The notes under the pieces are model-generated. The model saw only the letters and a program-made list of their open reading frames with translations, had not been told where the DNA came from and made no database searches. The translations under genes were made by a program, and so were the position numbers. 64,000 nt of DNA from Chitinophagales bacterium (lineage in GTDB: Bacteria; Bacteroidota; Bacteroidia; Chitinophagales; JAUHXS01). The stretch's first letter is position 1. The number at the start of each line of letters is the position of its first letter. The stretch is taken from contig CBDBZN010000037.1 of assembly GCA_965213575.1 (NCBI GenBank), positions 67,835 through 131,834 of the forward strand. Reading direction: 5' to 3'. This document shows positions 39,692 through 49,019 of this stretch, piece after piece.

Positions 39692-39791
39692 TTAATAAAT
39701 TTTTTATGAAGTTATGAAAATGAATTTCAAAATAAAAAATTTAATATTAAATGAGTTGTGTTGCTCCATTCTTTAGCAGTTATAGAATGGC

Positions 39792-39859
39792 AGCTTCACC
39801 ATAGGCTTCACATAGGCTAGGGTTTAAACCCTAGCCTATGTGAAGCCTATGGTGAAGCT
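39792..39859. repeat. 68-bp perfect REP-type palindrome centred on GGGTTTAAACCC
   Basis: agcttcaccataggcttcacataggctagggttt|aaaccctagcctatgtgaagcctatggtgaagct, read directly. Its right end overlaps the RAYT stop codon. Confidence 0.9.
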
Positions 39860-40289
39860 ATTCGCTATTTCCGTTTAGGTTTAAGAATTCTTCATATTCT
39901 TGCGGAAAGCTTCTTTTTAAATGATGTTCTTTCTGATTTTTTATATAGAAAAACACTTTATCTAACATAGATTCACTTACTGAAAATGCAGCATACCCTG
40001 CTTGCCAAGCGAATGTTGTAGGAATAAAATTTTGCTTATTAATATAAAAAGAACTGCTTCCCTTAATTTGCTTTATAACTTCAGCTACTGATTTTTGAGG
40101 ATTTAACAGAAACAGGCAATGGATATGATCAGGCATTCCATTGACAATTCTTACCGGGCAGCCACTATCAATTAACTGCTGACTTAGATACTTATGAATG
40201 GTTGGCTCAATTGAATAATGTAAAAAAGGTTCTCGGTTTTTAGTAGACCACACCGCTTGAATCCATATTTTGTTAAATGATTGAGGCAT
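39858..40289 (-). CDS. REP-associated tyrosine transposase (RAYT; IS200-like Y1/HUH transposase)
   Basis: 143 aa. HUH motif in MPDHIHCLF. The Tyr-containing region is WQAGYAAFSVSES...YIKNQKEHH. Flanked on both sides by GGGTTTAAACCC-centred palindromes. Confidence 0.8.
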   Translation of the reverse strand: MPQSFNKIWIQAVWSTKNREPFLHYSIEPTIHKYLSQQLIDSGCPVRIVNGMPDHIHCLFLLNPQKSVAEVIKQIKGSSSFYINKQNFIPTTFAWQAGYAAFSVSESMLDKVFFYIKNQKEHHLKRSFPQEYEEFLNLNGNSE

Positions 40290-40320
40290 TTATGTAAATG
40301 TATAAAAATTGAAGAAATTT

Positions 40321-40368
40321 TCTATCATCTATAAGCTGGGGTTTAAACCCAGCTTATAGATGATGGAA
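40321..40368. repeat. REP-type palindrome (one-base bulge) centred on GGGGTTTAAACCC
   Basis: atcatctataagctggggtttaaacccagcttatagatgat, read directly. The arms differ from the other two REPs, but the core is conserved. Confidence 0.8.
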
Positions 40369-40380
40369 GTTGTAATATAA

Positions 40381-40426
40381 TTTTTTCATATAGGCTAGGG
40401 TTTAAACCCTAGCCTATATGAAAAAA
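40381..40426. repeat. 46-bp perfect REP-type palindrome centred on GGGTTTAAACCC
   Basis: ttttttcatataggctagggttt|aaaccctagcctatatgaaaaaa. It shares ataggctagggtttaaaccctagcctat with 39792..39859. A partial core, caggtttaaactc, follows at about 40431. Confidence 0.9.
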
Positions 40427-40460
40427 AACACAGGTTTAAACTCACCGCGGTTTAGGAATA

Positions 40461-42206
40461 TTATATCCTCGACTGATACGTATACAACTGATGATATCGG
40501 CCTGCTTTATTGATCAACTCATCATGTGTGCCTCTTTCGTATATTTTCCCATCTTCTATTACTAATATTTGATCAGCTTTTTTTATGGTACTTAATCGGT
40601 GGGCAATCACAAAAGTAGTTCGGCCTTCCATAAGTTTACCCAAACTATCTTGAATATAGGTTTCACTTTCAGTGTCCAAATTGGAAGTAGCTTCATCCAA
40701 AATCAAGACTTTAGGATCAGCCAATAATGCTCGGGCAATAGCAACTCGCTGACGTTGTCCACCCGACAGCTTCACGCCTCTCTCGCCAATGACAGTTTCT
40801 AGCCCCTTCTCAAACCGATCGGTAAATTCGCTTACATGCGCAGCTTTTACCGCAGCTTGGATTTCCGGGCCCGTTGCATCAGGCCGGGAAAAGAGAATGT
40901 TTTCCCTGATTGTTCCTTCATATAAAAAATCATCTTGTAAGACTACACCCAGGTGTTTTCGGTAAGTATCCAATTTGATAGTTGACATATCAATTCCATC
41001 AACATATACTGTTCCTGTTTGCGGAGATAGAAAGGAAGCCGCCAGCCCTGCGATGGTCGTTTTGCCTGAGCCTGAACTACCTACTAATGCAGTCACAGAC
41101 CCCGCTCTTGCTGTGAGTGAAATTTTATGTAACACCGGTTTATCTTTTTCGTATTCGAAAGAAACATCTTGAAAACTGATATCTCCTTTAATTTCTTGCA
41201 GCGATATCATTCGGCCGGGTTCTTCTCCTTCACGAGTAGTATTTAATACTTCTTCCATTCTATCAATGCCTGCAAAAGCCTCTGTGATTTGGCTTCCGAT
41301 ATTACTCATCTGAATGATAGGAGCTACTAAAAAGCCGAGATATAATGTAAATGCAAAGAAATCCCCAACTGTCATAGTTTCATTAATTATTTTCGTCCCA
41401 CCGATCCACATAATCATAATACTCGTAAGGCCTAGCAAAAGAGTTGCGAGGCTGGTAACTAAACTTGTAGAAGTAAGTGTTTTCTTAACATTTATATAGA
41501 GCCGAGTGACTCCTTGCTCAAAAATATTTATTTCATAAGCTTCTGCATTAAATCCTTTAATAACCCTTATACCATTAAGTGATTCTGTTAGGCGGCCTGA
41601 TACGTCTGCATTGATCTCCCTTCTTTGTTTAAATATCGGGCGAATGTAAGCAAAGGCCTTCATCGATACAATGCCGAAAATAATGAGTGGAATGAATGTG
41701 AAAAGTGTCATCGTAACACTTATATTCATCAATAAGATAAATGCAATGACCGAAGTAAGTACGCCTCCAAATAATTGTACTAACCCGGTGCCCACCAAAT
41801 TCCTTACTCCTTCTACGTCAGACATAATTCGCGATACTAAAGAGCCTGATTTATTATTATCAAAATAATTTATTGGGAGCTTTATAATATGTTGTTGAAC
41901 TTGCACACGCAATACAGAAATAAGGTGTTGCGCTTCTACGCTAAGCAATTTTGTTAAAAAGAAAGAAGTAGTGGACTGAATTACAATGGCAGCGCCTACT
42001 ACTAGTAATAGTAGTTTTAATAGATTAAAATCATTTTTAGCAATAACTTCATCGATAAGGATTTTAGTGGAACCCGGCAAAACAAGCCCTGCTAATCTAT
42101 TAATGATAATAAGTACCAGCCCTAATAAAAGAAGTTTTTTGCGAGGTAAAATAATGTTTTTAACTGCATATTGAAGGGCTGAAAATTTCAGTTTTTTTGC
42201 CGGCAC
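40461..42206 (-). CDS. ABC transporter, fused permease/ATP-binding protein (MsbA-like exporter)
   Basis: 581 aa. Six predicted TM helices, then Walker A GSSGSGKTT, signature LSGGQRQR and Walker B ILILDEATS. GTG start. Confidence 0.9.
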   Translation of the reverse strand: MPAKKLKFSALQYAVKNIILPRKKLLLLGLVLIIINRLAGLVLPGSTKILIDEVIAKNDFNLLKLLLLVVGAAIVIQSTTSFFLTKLLSVEAQHLISVLRVQVQQHIIKLPINYFDNNKSGSLVSRIMSDVEGVRNLVGTGLVQLFGGVLTSVIAFILLMNISVTMTLFTFIPLIIFGIVSMKAFAYIRPIFKQRREINADVSGRLTESLNGIRVIKGFNAEAYEINIFEQGVTRLYINVKKTLTSTSLVTSLATLLLGLTSIMIMWIGGTKIINETMTVGDFFAFTLYLGFLVAPIIQMSNIGSQITEAFAGIDRMEEVLNTTREGEEPGRMISLQEIKGDISFQDVSFEYEKDKPVLHKISLTARAGSVTALVGSSGSGKTTIAGLAASFLSPQTGTVYVDGIDMSTIKLDTYRKHLGVVLQDDFLYEGTIRENILFSRPDATGPEIQAAVKAAHVSEFTDRFEKGLETVIGERGVKLSGGQRQRVAIARALLADPKVLILDEATSNLDTESETYIQDSLGKLMEGRTTFVIAHRLSTIKKADQILVIEDGKIYERGTHDELINKAGRYHQLYTYQSRI

Positions 42207-42211
42207 CGATC

Positions 42212-42988
42212 CTATTTTTCCGTCATTTTTCTAACGATCGAAGTTACTATTTTACGCGGTGTAAAGCGAATTGAATTGGCTAATATTTTATTTTTTAAGC
42301 CATGGATAGCTACTACTTCACCTTTCATCATTTTTTCGTAACCAAATTTCGCAACCTCTTTTGCAGTAGGCAGGTCGCCTTGAAATAATTTAGAATTTTC
42401 TGCATCTGCCGCATCTTTAAAGCCCGTATCAGTGGCGCCAGGACATAATGCTGTAACAGTTATGCCTTTATCTTTTACCTCATTTGCAATGCCCTCACTA
42501 AAAGCTAATACGTAATGTTTAGTAGCGTAATAAACTGCCATCAAAGGCCCCGGAGGAAACGCTGCCACAGATGCTAAGTTCATGATTTTCCCACTTTTCC
42601 GTTTTACCATATCTTGCAGAAAAAGTTTGGTGAGGTGTGTGAGTGTGGTAATATTTAATTGTATCATGTCAGCCTCTTTTTCCCACTCAGTTTCATAAAA
42701 GAAACCAAAATCACCAAGTCCTGCATTATTAATTAAATAATCTACTGTAATATTTTCTTTTTTAACCTTATCATAAACATTTTGGACAGCATCTGGCTTA
42801 GTCAGATCTATCTCAATCACTATAGCTTTTATTTTAAATTTCGCCTCAAGTTCTTGTTTTAGTGAATTCAATTTATCGCCACTTCTAGCTATCAATATTA
42901 AATCACCGCCTTTTTCGGCATGTATTTTGGCTAATTCTAATCCAATTCCATTAGATGCTCCGGTTATTAAAGCTGTTTTATGGCTCAT
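42212..42988 (-). CDS. Short-chain dehydrogenase/reductase (SDR) family oxidoreductase
   Basis: The ATG at 42988 gives MSHKTALITGASNGIG (TGxxxGIG). NNAG and the YxxxK motif (YYATKHY). The ORF-track TTG at 43015 is probably an over-extension. Confidence 0.85.
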   Translation of the reverse strand: MSHKTALITGASNGIGLELAKIHAEKGGDLILIARSGDKLNSLKQELEAKFKIKAIVIEIDLTKPDAVQNVYDKVKKENITVDYLINNAGLGDFGFFYETEWEKEADMIQLNITTLTHLTKLFLQDMVKRKSGKIMNLASVAAFPPGPLMAVYYATKHYVLAFSEGIANEVKDKGITVTALCPGATDTGFKDAADAENSKLFQGDLPTAKEVAKFGYEKMMKGEVVAIHGLKNKILANSIRFTPRKIVTSIVRKMTEK

Positions 42989-43040
42989 TGATATTTGGTT
43001 TATTTGTGTTTGCAAATTACAAACTTTATGCTAATTAAAT

Positions 43041-43135
43041 ATGGTATTACAATACTATTTATATTATATATAATAGTAACTAAATACTATTTTTTACTAA
43101 AATAATAGGTATTCAATACTATTTTAGTATATTTG
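43041..43135. promoter_or_regulatory. Divergent promoter region with three exact AATACTATTT 10-mers phased at 32 bp, nested short inverted repeats, and a TAtaTTTG -7 box
   Basis: aatactattt occurs at 43051, 43083 and 43115. Extended copies are ggtattacaatactattt (43043) and ggtattcaatactatttt (43108). Inverted repeats are GTATT-AC-AATAC, AATAGTA-N6-TACTATT (43072..43091) and AATACTA-TTT-TAGTATA (43115..43131). The -7 box is at 43128..43135, 4 nt before the ATG. Confidence 0.6.
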
Positions 43136-43139
43136 TTAC

Positions 43140-44369
43140 ATGTTAGAAGAATTATTTCAACTCAGTCAGCATTTCATCAACAAACGGAATAGAAGCTATG
43201 TGCGCAGTTTTTTTGAAACGCTATCTCCTCAAAATCGAATAAACGTGATTTTAGGACAAAGAGGCGTAGGTAAAACCACAGGCATTATTCAAACTATTTT
43301 AATGCGTTATGGAGATGTTCAAACGACTAAAGCACTCTATATCCAAGCAGATCATACTATTACTTCGAAATATAATTTGTATGATATCGCTAGAGAATTT
43401 CAAAATTATGGAGGTGAGTTATTATGTATTGATGAAGTCCATAAATATCCTGAGTGGGCTAGAGAGCTGAAAAGCATATACGATACATTTGATGATTTGC
43501 AAATGATTGTTTCCGGGAGTTCATTGCTTCAAATAAGAAAAGCAAGTCATGATTTAAGTCGCAGGGTAATTGTAAGTTATCTCAACGGGTTATCCTTTAG
43601 AGAATATCTTAATATACATCAAGGCATTTGTATACAGCCTATTTCGCTATCTCACCTACTGGATAATCATCAAGATATTGCTCAAGAATTTATCCAAGTA
43701 ATAGAAGCAACAGATCATAAAATTCTAGTTTTATTTAAGGAATACCTAAAACGAGGTTTTTATCCATATTATGAAGAATTTGATGAGATAGGCTTCTATG
43801 TAACCTTAGATGAGCAAATACACGCTACGTTAGAGTCTGATTTACCGCATGTTTTTCCCGATTTATCAGGATATAGCATTGCCAAGATGAAAAAATTATT
43901 AGCGCTTATTGCTACAACTGTACCATATATTCCTGATTTGAAATACTTAAAAGAAGTATTGGATATAGGAGATGAGCGTACCTTAAAAACCTATTTAAGG
44001 CATTTACATGATGCGCGAATTATTACCATGTTGCCGAAAAAAGGCAAAGGCATGAAATCTTTATACAAACCGGAAAAATTATATTTAAATAACTCCAACT
44101 TAGCATATGCATTAGGTGATAAGCAAAATTTGAATTTAGGAACTATAAGAGAATGTTTTTTTACTCAAGCTATTGGTAATTTGGCAGAATTGAGTATTCC
44201 ACCTAAAGGAGATTTTTTAATCAACGATGAAATTTTAATAGAAGTGGGTGGGAGAGGGAAAGGCTCTTCACAAATTAAAGGTTCATCCGATGCTTATTTA
44301 GTCTTAGATGAAATGGAAGTTGGTATCAACAAGAAAATACCATTATGGTTATTTGGATTTTTGTATTAA
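43140..44369 (+). CDS. COG1373-type AAA+ ATPase (AAA_14 N-domain with a DUF4143-like C-terminal domain)
   Basis: Walker A GQRGVGKTT and Walker B LLCIDEVHKY. The C-terminus ...DFLINDEILIEVGGRGKG...IPLWLFGFLY is typical of this family (from memory). Confidence 0.7.
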   Translation: MLEELFQLSQHFINKRNRSYVRSFFETLSPQNRINVILGQRGVGKTTGIIQTILMRYGDVQTTKALYIQADHTITSKYNLYDIAREFQNYGGELLCIDEVHKYPEWARELKSIYDTFDDLQMIVSGSSLLQIRKASHDLSRRVIVSYLNGLSFREYLNIHQGICIQPISLSHLLDNHQDIAQEFIQVIEATDHKILVLFKEYLKRGFYPYYEEFDEIGFYVTLDEQIHATLESDLPHVFPDLSGYSIAKMKKLLALIATTVPYIPDLKYLKEVLDIGDERTLKTYLRHLHDARIITMLPKKGKGMKSLYKPEKLYLNNSNLAYALGDKQNLNLGTIRECFFTQAIGNLAELSIPPKGDFLINDEILIEVGGRGKGSSQIKGSSDAYLVLDEMEVGINKKIPLWLFGFLY

Positions 44370-44371
44370 AG

Positions 44372-45268
44372 TTACATTGAGTAAAAGTCATATACATAAT
44401 CCGTTTGCGGTACGTTTTTTTCTCCTAAAAGCTGTCGAATATTTGTTTCAATAGTCATGGATATTTGATTCATTGCGGTATCAGTAGGTCGGTTTTCAAA
44501 AGGATCTTGCATATGATGAGCTGTTTTCATTAACAAGAAAAAAGACAACGCAATTGCAATAAGAAGCACCAGGACAAATATTGAATTTAAATCAGAAAGA
44601 GATATGGCTAAACAAGTTAAAAAGATATAAACAAAAAATCGGAGAAAAATCCGATAAGTTTTAGGGAAAACAGTATTTTTAATTCGTTCTGCCTTACCCA
44701 TAGAAGCACAAAGTCTCACGTAAGTATTATCTAATTGTACTTGTTGAAAATCATTTATTAACTTTTGCTCGTGAAGAGATTTAATTAATTGAGAATTGAG
44801 ATTTATAATGCCTAACGGGTTATTATTCTGAGTAGATAGGTATTTTAAATCTTCTGGAGATAAAAATTTTTTAGCATTTTCTAAAGGAAAGAGCTTACGC
44901 AATGAATTGGATAAGGCATAACACCAAGCAATTTGTTTATAAGCAATTACTTTCAAATTTTCCGACTTAGATTCAGTGTCTTTGTGAAAGTGGAGTAGCT
45001 GAACTATTAATGACCTAGAATCATTAACTATTGCTCCCCATATCTTTCTAGCTTCCCACCATCTATCGTATGATTGATTTATTTTGAATGCTAAAACTAA
45101 TGAAATTGCAGTACCTAAGAATGCAGGTACAGCTACAGGTAAATCATAATTAAACTTAAAAATTTGTCTCAGTATAATAATCGCAGCAGTAAAAACAACT
45201 GTAATAGCAATATCGATTTTTATTTTATTTAAAATGTATTTTAAAGGAATAGACTTATTAAGAAGCAT
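44372..45268 (-). CDS. Bestrophin/YneE (UPF0187) family putative anion channel
   Basis: 298 aa. TM hairpins plus SYDRWWEARKIWG and ...MQDPFENRPTDTAMNQIS..., characteristic of the family. Its stop is 2 nt from the convergent ATPase stop. Confidence 0.75.
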   Translation of the reverse strand: MLLNKSIPLKYILNKIKIDIAITVVFTAAIIILRQIFKFNYDLPVAVPAFLGTAISLVLAFKINQSYDRWWEARKIWGAIVNDSRSLIVQLLHFHKDTESKSENLKVIAYKQIAWCYALSNSLRKLFPLENAKKFLSPEDLKYLSTQNNNPLGIINLNSQLIKSLHEQKLINDFQQVQLDNTYVRLCASMGKAERIKNTVFPKTYRIFLRFFVYIFLTCLAISLSDLNSIFVLVLLIAIALSFFLLMKTAHHMQDPFENRPTDTAMNQISMTIETNIRQLLGEKNVPQTDYVYDFYSM

Positions 45269-45358
45269 ATAAATAAAAGTTTCTGTGAATTAATAATAGA
45301 TATTTTGAATTTTAAACATAGCCCATTCAATTTTAATGCCAAACTCAATAATATTGTA

Positions 45359-45366
45359 TACCTTTG
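45359..45366 (+). promoter_or_regulatory. -7 promoter box TAccTTTG for typA
   Basis: Exact TAnnTTTG, 17 nt upstream of the ATG at 45384. It lies inside the ORF-track extension (45336), which supports the shorter start. Confidence 0.5.
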
Positions 45367-45383
45367 TCGCCTCAAATAAAAAT

Positions 45384-47183
45384 ATGCAAAAGTTAAGGAA
45401 TATAGCGATTATCGCTCACGTTGACCACGGGAAAACTACTTTAGTAGATAAAATGCTAATGGTGGGTAAATTATTTCAAGATCACGAAAGGCCGGGTGAG
45501 CTCATTATGGACAGTAATGACCTGGAGAGGGAACGTGGAATTACTATTCTTGCAAAAAATGTATCGGTACGCTATAAAGACACTAAGATTAATATATTAG
45601 ATACTCCGGGCCACAGTGATTTTGGTGGAGAAGTAGAAAGGGTTTTAAATATGGCAGATGGGGTGTTACTTTTGGTAGATGCATTTGAAGGCCCTATGCC
45701 TCAAACAAGATTTGTATTACAAAAAGCCATTGAGATGGGATTAAAACCCATTGTAGTAGTTAACAAAGTAGATAAAGAAAACTGTACACCCGAAGAAGCT
45801 TATGAAGCAGTTTTTGATTTAATGTTTCAGTTAGATGCCTCTGAAGATCAATTAGATTTCCCGGTAGTTTATGGTTCTGCTAAAAATGGATGGATGAGTG
45901 ATGATTGGAAAAACCCTACGGAAGATATAACCATTTTAATGGATAAAATTCTTGAGCACATTCCTGCTCCTGAGTTTAATGAAGGAACTTCACAAATGCT
46001 GATCACTTCTTTAGATTACTCTTCATTTATCGGTAGGATTGCTATTGGTAGAGTGCATCGGGGAACCTTAAAGGCAGGACAAGCGGTATCTTTAATGAAA
46101 AGAGACGGCCGTGTTGTCAAAACGAAGATAAAAGAATTATATGTTTTTGAAGGCTTTGATAAGATAAAGGCAGAAACAGTCAGTTCCGGTGAAATTTGTG
46201 CCGTTGTAGGTATTGATGGATTTGAAATAGGAGAAACCATAGCAGATATCGAATCACCTGAAGCTTTGCCAACCATCACTATTGACGAGCCGACGATGAG
46301 TATGCTTTTTACTATTAATGATTCTCCATTTTTCGGTAAAGAAGGCAAATTTGTGACCTCCCGCCATTTAAAGGATCGCTTAACAAAAGAATTAGAAAAA
46401 AACCTTGCTCTACGAGTGGAGCCTACAAATTCTCCCGATTCGTACAATGTTTTTGGAAGAGGTGTACTGCATTTATCTGTCTTAATTGAAACGATGCGTA
46501 GAGAGGGTTATGAACTGCAAATTGGCCAGCCGCAAGTTATCATTAAAGAAATTGATGGTGTAAAATGTGAGCCGATAGAAGAGCTCACCATAGATATTCC
46601 TGAAGCAACGTCCGGTAAAGCTATCGAGATGGTAACTCAAAGAAAAGGCGAAATGCAAAGTATGGATCCCAAAGGTGATCGAATTATTCTTAAGTTTTTA
46701 GTACCTTCCAGGGGAATTATCGGGTTAAGAAATAACTTACTTACAGCATCTGCCGGAGAAGCGATTATGTCACACCGATTTTTAGAATTTCAGCCGTATA
46801 AAGGCAATATCCCTTCCCGCCAAAATGGATCATTAATCAGTTTAGAAACAGGCAAGGCGATTCCTTTTAGTATTAATAATTTACAAGACCGAGGTAAGTT
46901 TTTCATTGAGCCCAATGTAGATATTTACGAAGGGCAAGTAATAGGTGAAAATAACCGTCCGGGCGACTTAGTCGTTAACATCACTAAAACGAAGAAGTTG
47001 ACCAACATGCGTTCTTCCGGAGCAGATGATAAAATGCGCATTGCCCCACCTATTTTATTTTCTTTAGAAGAAGCGCTAGAATACATCCAGGGTGATGAAT
47101 ATCTAGAAGTAACCCCGGCTTCTATGCGGATCAGAAAGATATATTTAAAAGAAAACGATCGGAAAAGAGCGAAAGCAAATTAG
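45384..47183 (+). CDS. typA: Translational GTPase TypA/BipA
   Basis: [43 protein letters not shown]-like domains. About 600 aa. Confidence 0.95.
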   Translation: MQKLRNIAIIAHVDHGKTTLVDKMLMVGKLFQDHERPGELIMDSNDLERERGITILAKNVSVRYKDTKINILDTPGHSDFGGEVERVLNMADGVLLLVDAFEGPMPQTRFVLQKAIEMGLKPIVVVNKVDKENCTPEEAYEAVFDLMFQLDASEDQLDFPVVYGSAKNGWMSDDWKNPTEDITILMDKILEHIPAPEFNEGTSQMLITSLDYSSFIGRIAIGRVHRGTLKAGQAVSLMKRDGRVVKTKIKELYVFEGFDKIKAETVSSGEICAVVGIDGFEIGETIADIESPEALPTITIDEPTMSMLFTINDSPFFGKEGKFVTSRHLKDRLTKELEKNLALRVEPTNSPDSYNVFGRGVLHLSVLIETMRREGYELQIGQPQVIIKEIDGVKCEPIEELTIDIPEATSGKAIEMVTQRKGEMQSMDPKGDRIILKFLVPSRGIIGLRNNLLTASAGEAIMSHRFLEFQPYKGNIPSRQNGSLISLETGKAIPFSINNLQDRGKFFIEPNVDIYEGQVIGENNRPGDLVVNITKTKKLTNMRSSGADDKMRIAPPILFSLEEALEYIQGDEYLEVTPASMRIRKIYLKENDRKRAKAN

Positions 47184-47502
47184 CTTAGAGTGGATAGTTT
47201 AGAGTTTCGGGTTTCGGGTTCGAAGTTTAAGGTTGTTGGGTTAATTTTGAGTTAAGCTTACATGCACCACTGTGCTAATGCTTGCTAGAGAAGGGAGACA
47301 TTAATTTTTTTTAGTAATTCAACTTATTAAGCAAAGAATGCTAATCAAATTAGCTCTATTGGCAGGAGAGTAGTTTAACACATTTAATCATTCACTAACC
47401 TAACCTCAAATTCTAAAAACTATCAACTATAAATTCTAAACTGTCTAATTTCAAGTCTCAACTTTATACTTTAAACTACTCAACTTCAAACCTCAAACAC
47501 AG

Positions 47503-47534
47503 AACTTCAAACATCAACTTCAAACATCAACTTC
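47503..47534. repeat. Tandem 13-mer aacttcaaacatc x 2.4, running into the last codons of xerD
   Basis: Read directly: aacttcaaacatc aacttcaaacatc aacttc. It forms part of a larger C/A-rich low-complexity arm (47397..47534). Confidence 0.7.
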
Positions 47535-48423
47535 TCGGATGATACCGATTAATCGTATCTTTCAAATACGATCTATCCAAATGAGTATATATTTCTGTGG
47601 TGGTAATCGATTCATGACCCAGCATATCTTGAACAGCTTTGAGGTTCGCTCCACCTTCTACTAAGTGAGTAGCAAAAGAGTGCCGAAAGGTATGCGGGCT
47701 GATTTTTTTATGAATATTAGCTGCTTTTGCGAGAAGTTTAATAATGGTAAAGATCATCACCCGCGTAAGTTTTGCTCCTCTACGATTTAGGAAAAGGATG
47801 TCTTCGTTCCCAGGTTTGATCTTCATGTGATTACGAACGCTGTCTTTATAGATATTGATTTGCTTGATCGCTTGATCACCAATCGGAACTAATCGTTCTT
47901 TATTTCCTTTGCCGATGATTCTGATAAAATTTACATCTAAATATGAATTGGAAATTTTTAGGTTGATCAATTCAGATACGCGTAAGCCACACCCATATAA
48001 AACTTCGATGATAGCCTTGTTTCTTTCTCCTTCTGAAGAGCTTAAGTCTATTGCAGCAATAAGGTTTTGAATATCATCATAGCTAAGCGTGTCGGGAAGC
48101 TTTTTAGGCAGCTTAGGGCTTTCAATCAGCTCGGTAGGGTCTGAATCAATAATATTTTCTAAAATCAAATATTTATAAAAAGCTTTAATCCCAGAGATGA
48201 TTCTCGCCTGTGATTTTGCTGAAATACCAACTTCATTTAATGATTCTACAAAAAGTTGGATTTCTTTAAAAGTAACTTTTAAGGGAGAATGCTGAGTGGT
48301 AGCTTCAACATAAGAAGCTATTTTTTCTACATCTCTGAGATAAGCTTCTAAAGTATTATCAGAAAAAGATTTTTCTAATTTCAAATAACTTTTAAAACCT
48401 TTTATATAAATACTCCAGCTCAC
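47527..48423 (-). CDS. xerD: Tyrosine site-specific recombinase XerD-like
   Basis: 298 aa. The N-terminal SAM-like domain has LSDNTLEAYLRDV. The catalytic residues lie in ...GLRVSEL..., HTFRHSFATHL, GH.S..TTEIYTH. GTG start. Confidence 0.8.
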   Translation of the reverse strand: MSWSIYIKGFKSYLKLEKSFSDNTLEAYLRDVEKIASYVEATTQHSPLKVTFKEIQLFVESLNEVGISAKSQARIISGIKAFYKYLILENIIDSDPTELIESPKLPKKLPDTLSYDDIQNLIAAIDLSSSEGERNKAIIEVLYGCGLRVSELINLKISNSYLDVNFIRIIGKGNKERLVPIGDQAIKQINIYKDSVRNHMKIKPGNEDILFLNRRGAKLTRVMIFTIIKLLAKAANIHKKISPHTFRHSFATHLVEGGANLKAVQDMLGHESITTTEIYTHLDRSYLKDTINRYHPRS

Positions 48424-48550
48424 TACTTAAAAATATATTATACCTTTGAAGGTAACAAATTTGAGCTTTAATACTGAGTTATTTTTTTCTACTGTTAAAA
48501 ATCTTAACAGCTTAACTTTATACCTTGAACTTCAAACTGTGAACTAAACC

Positions 48551-48967
48551 ATGAAAATAATTATCATCAATGGCCCTAATCTTAACTTACTCGGCAAGAG
48601 AGAGCCTGATATTTATGGTTCATCTACTTTTGAGGAATATTTTAAAACGTTGGCTAACGCTTTTCCGGATATAAATCTCACGTATTATCAGAGTAATGTA
48701 GAAGGAGAACTCATCAATAAGATACAAGAAGTAGGATTTACATATGATGGTATAATTTTAAATGCAGGAGGCTATTCTCATACTTCAGTAGCTATGCGAG
48801 ATGCTATTTCAGCTATTTCGACTCTTGTAATTGAAGTACATATCTCTAATATTTATGCGAGGGAGGAGTTTCGACACAAATCATTGCTTTCCGAAAAATG
48901 CAAAGGAGTAATTTGTGGTTTGGGACTGGAAGGGTATCGGTATGCGGTAGATTATTTTCACAATTAG
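48551..48967 (+). CDS. aroQ: Type II 3-dehydroquinate dehydratase
   Basis: IIIINGPNLNLLGKREPDIYG, QSNVEGELI, NAGGYSHTSVA, EVHISNI. Confidence 0.95.
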   Translation: MKIIIINGPNLNLLGKREPDIYGSSTFEEYFKTLANAFPDINLTYYQSNVEGELINKIQEVGFTYDGIILNAGGYSHTSVAMRDAISAISTLVIEVHISNIYAREEFRHKSLLSEKCKGVICGLGLEGYRYAVDYFHN

Positions 48968-48998
48968 CTAATTAGCCAATTGACTAATTAGCTAATTT
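48964..48998 (+). terminator. Hairpin (12-bp perfect AT-rich stem, 8-nt loop) plus T-rich tail directly after aroQ
   Basis: ttagctaattag-ccaattga-ctaattagctaa, followed by tttcaatctttt. The left arm contains the aroQ stop codon. Confidence 0.5.
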
Positions 48999-49019
48999 CA
49001 ATCTTTTGAACTCAAGAAT

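Noticed and set aside
46016-46447. 143-aa antisense ORF inside typA. Similar long antisense or shadow ORFs lie at 28094..28489, 35396..35779, 38188..38502 and 62749..63099.
   Set aside because: Each lies wholly within a strongly supported conserved gene on the opposite strand. Their low-complexity, Ser/Pro/Ile-rich translations have no recognisable motifs. They are typical shadow frames.
47208-47226. ggttcgaag resembles a tRNA T-arm (GGTTCGAA).
   Set aside because: No acceptor stem, D-arm or anticodon arm can be built around it. It is part of the G/T-rich low-complexity arm.
47527-48423. Tyrosine recombinase as a marker of an integrated mobile element or an invertible promoter switch.
   Set aside because: Its domain and motif pattern is that of chromosomal XerD. 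It sits divergently next to aroQ among housekeeping genes. No phage, conjugation or cargo genes are present, and no clean inverted-repeat-bounded invertible segment flanks it.
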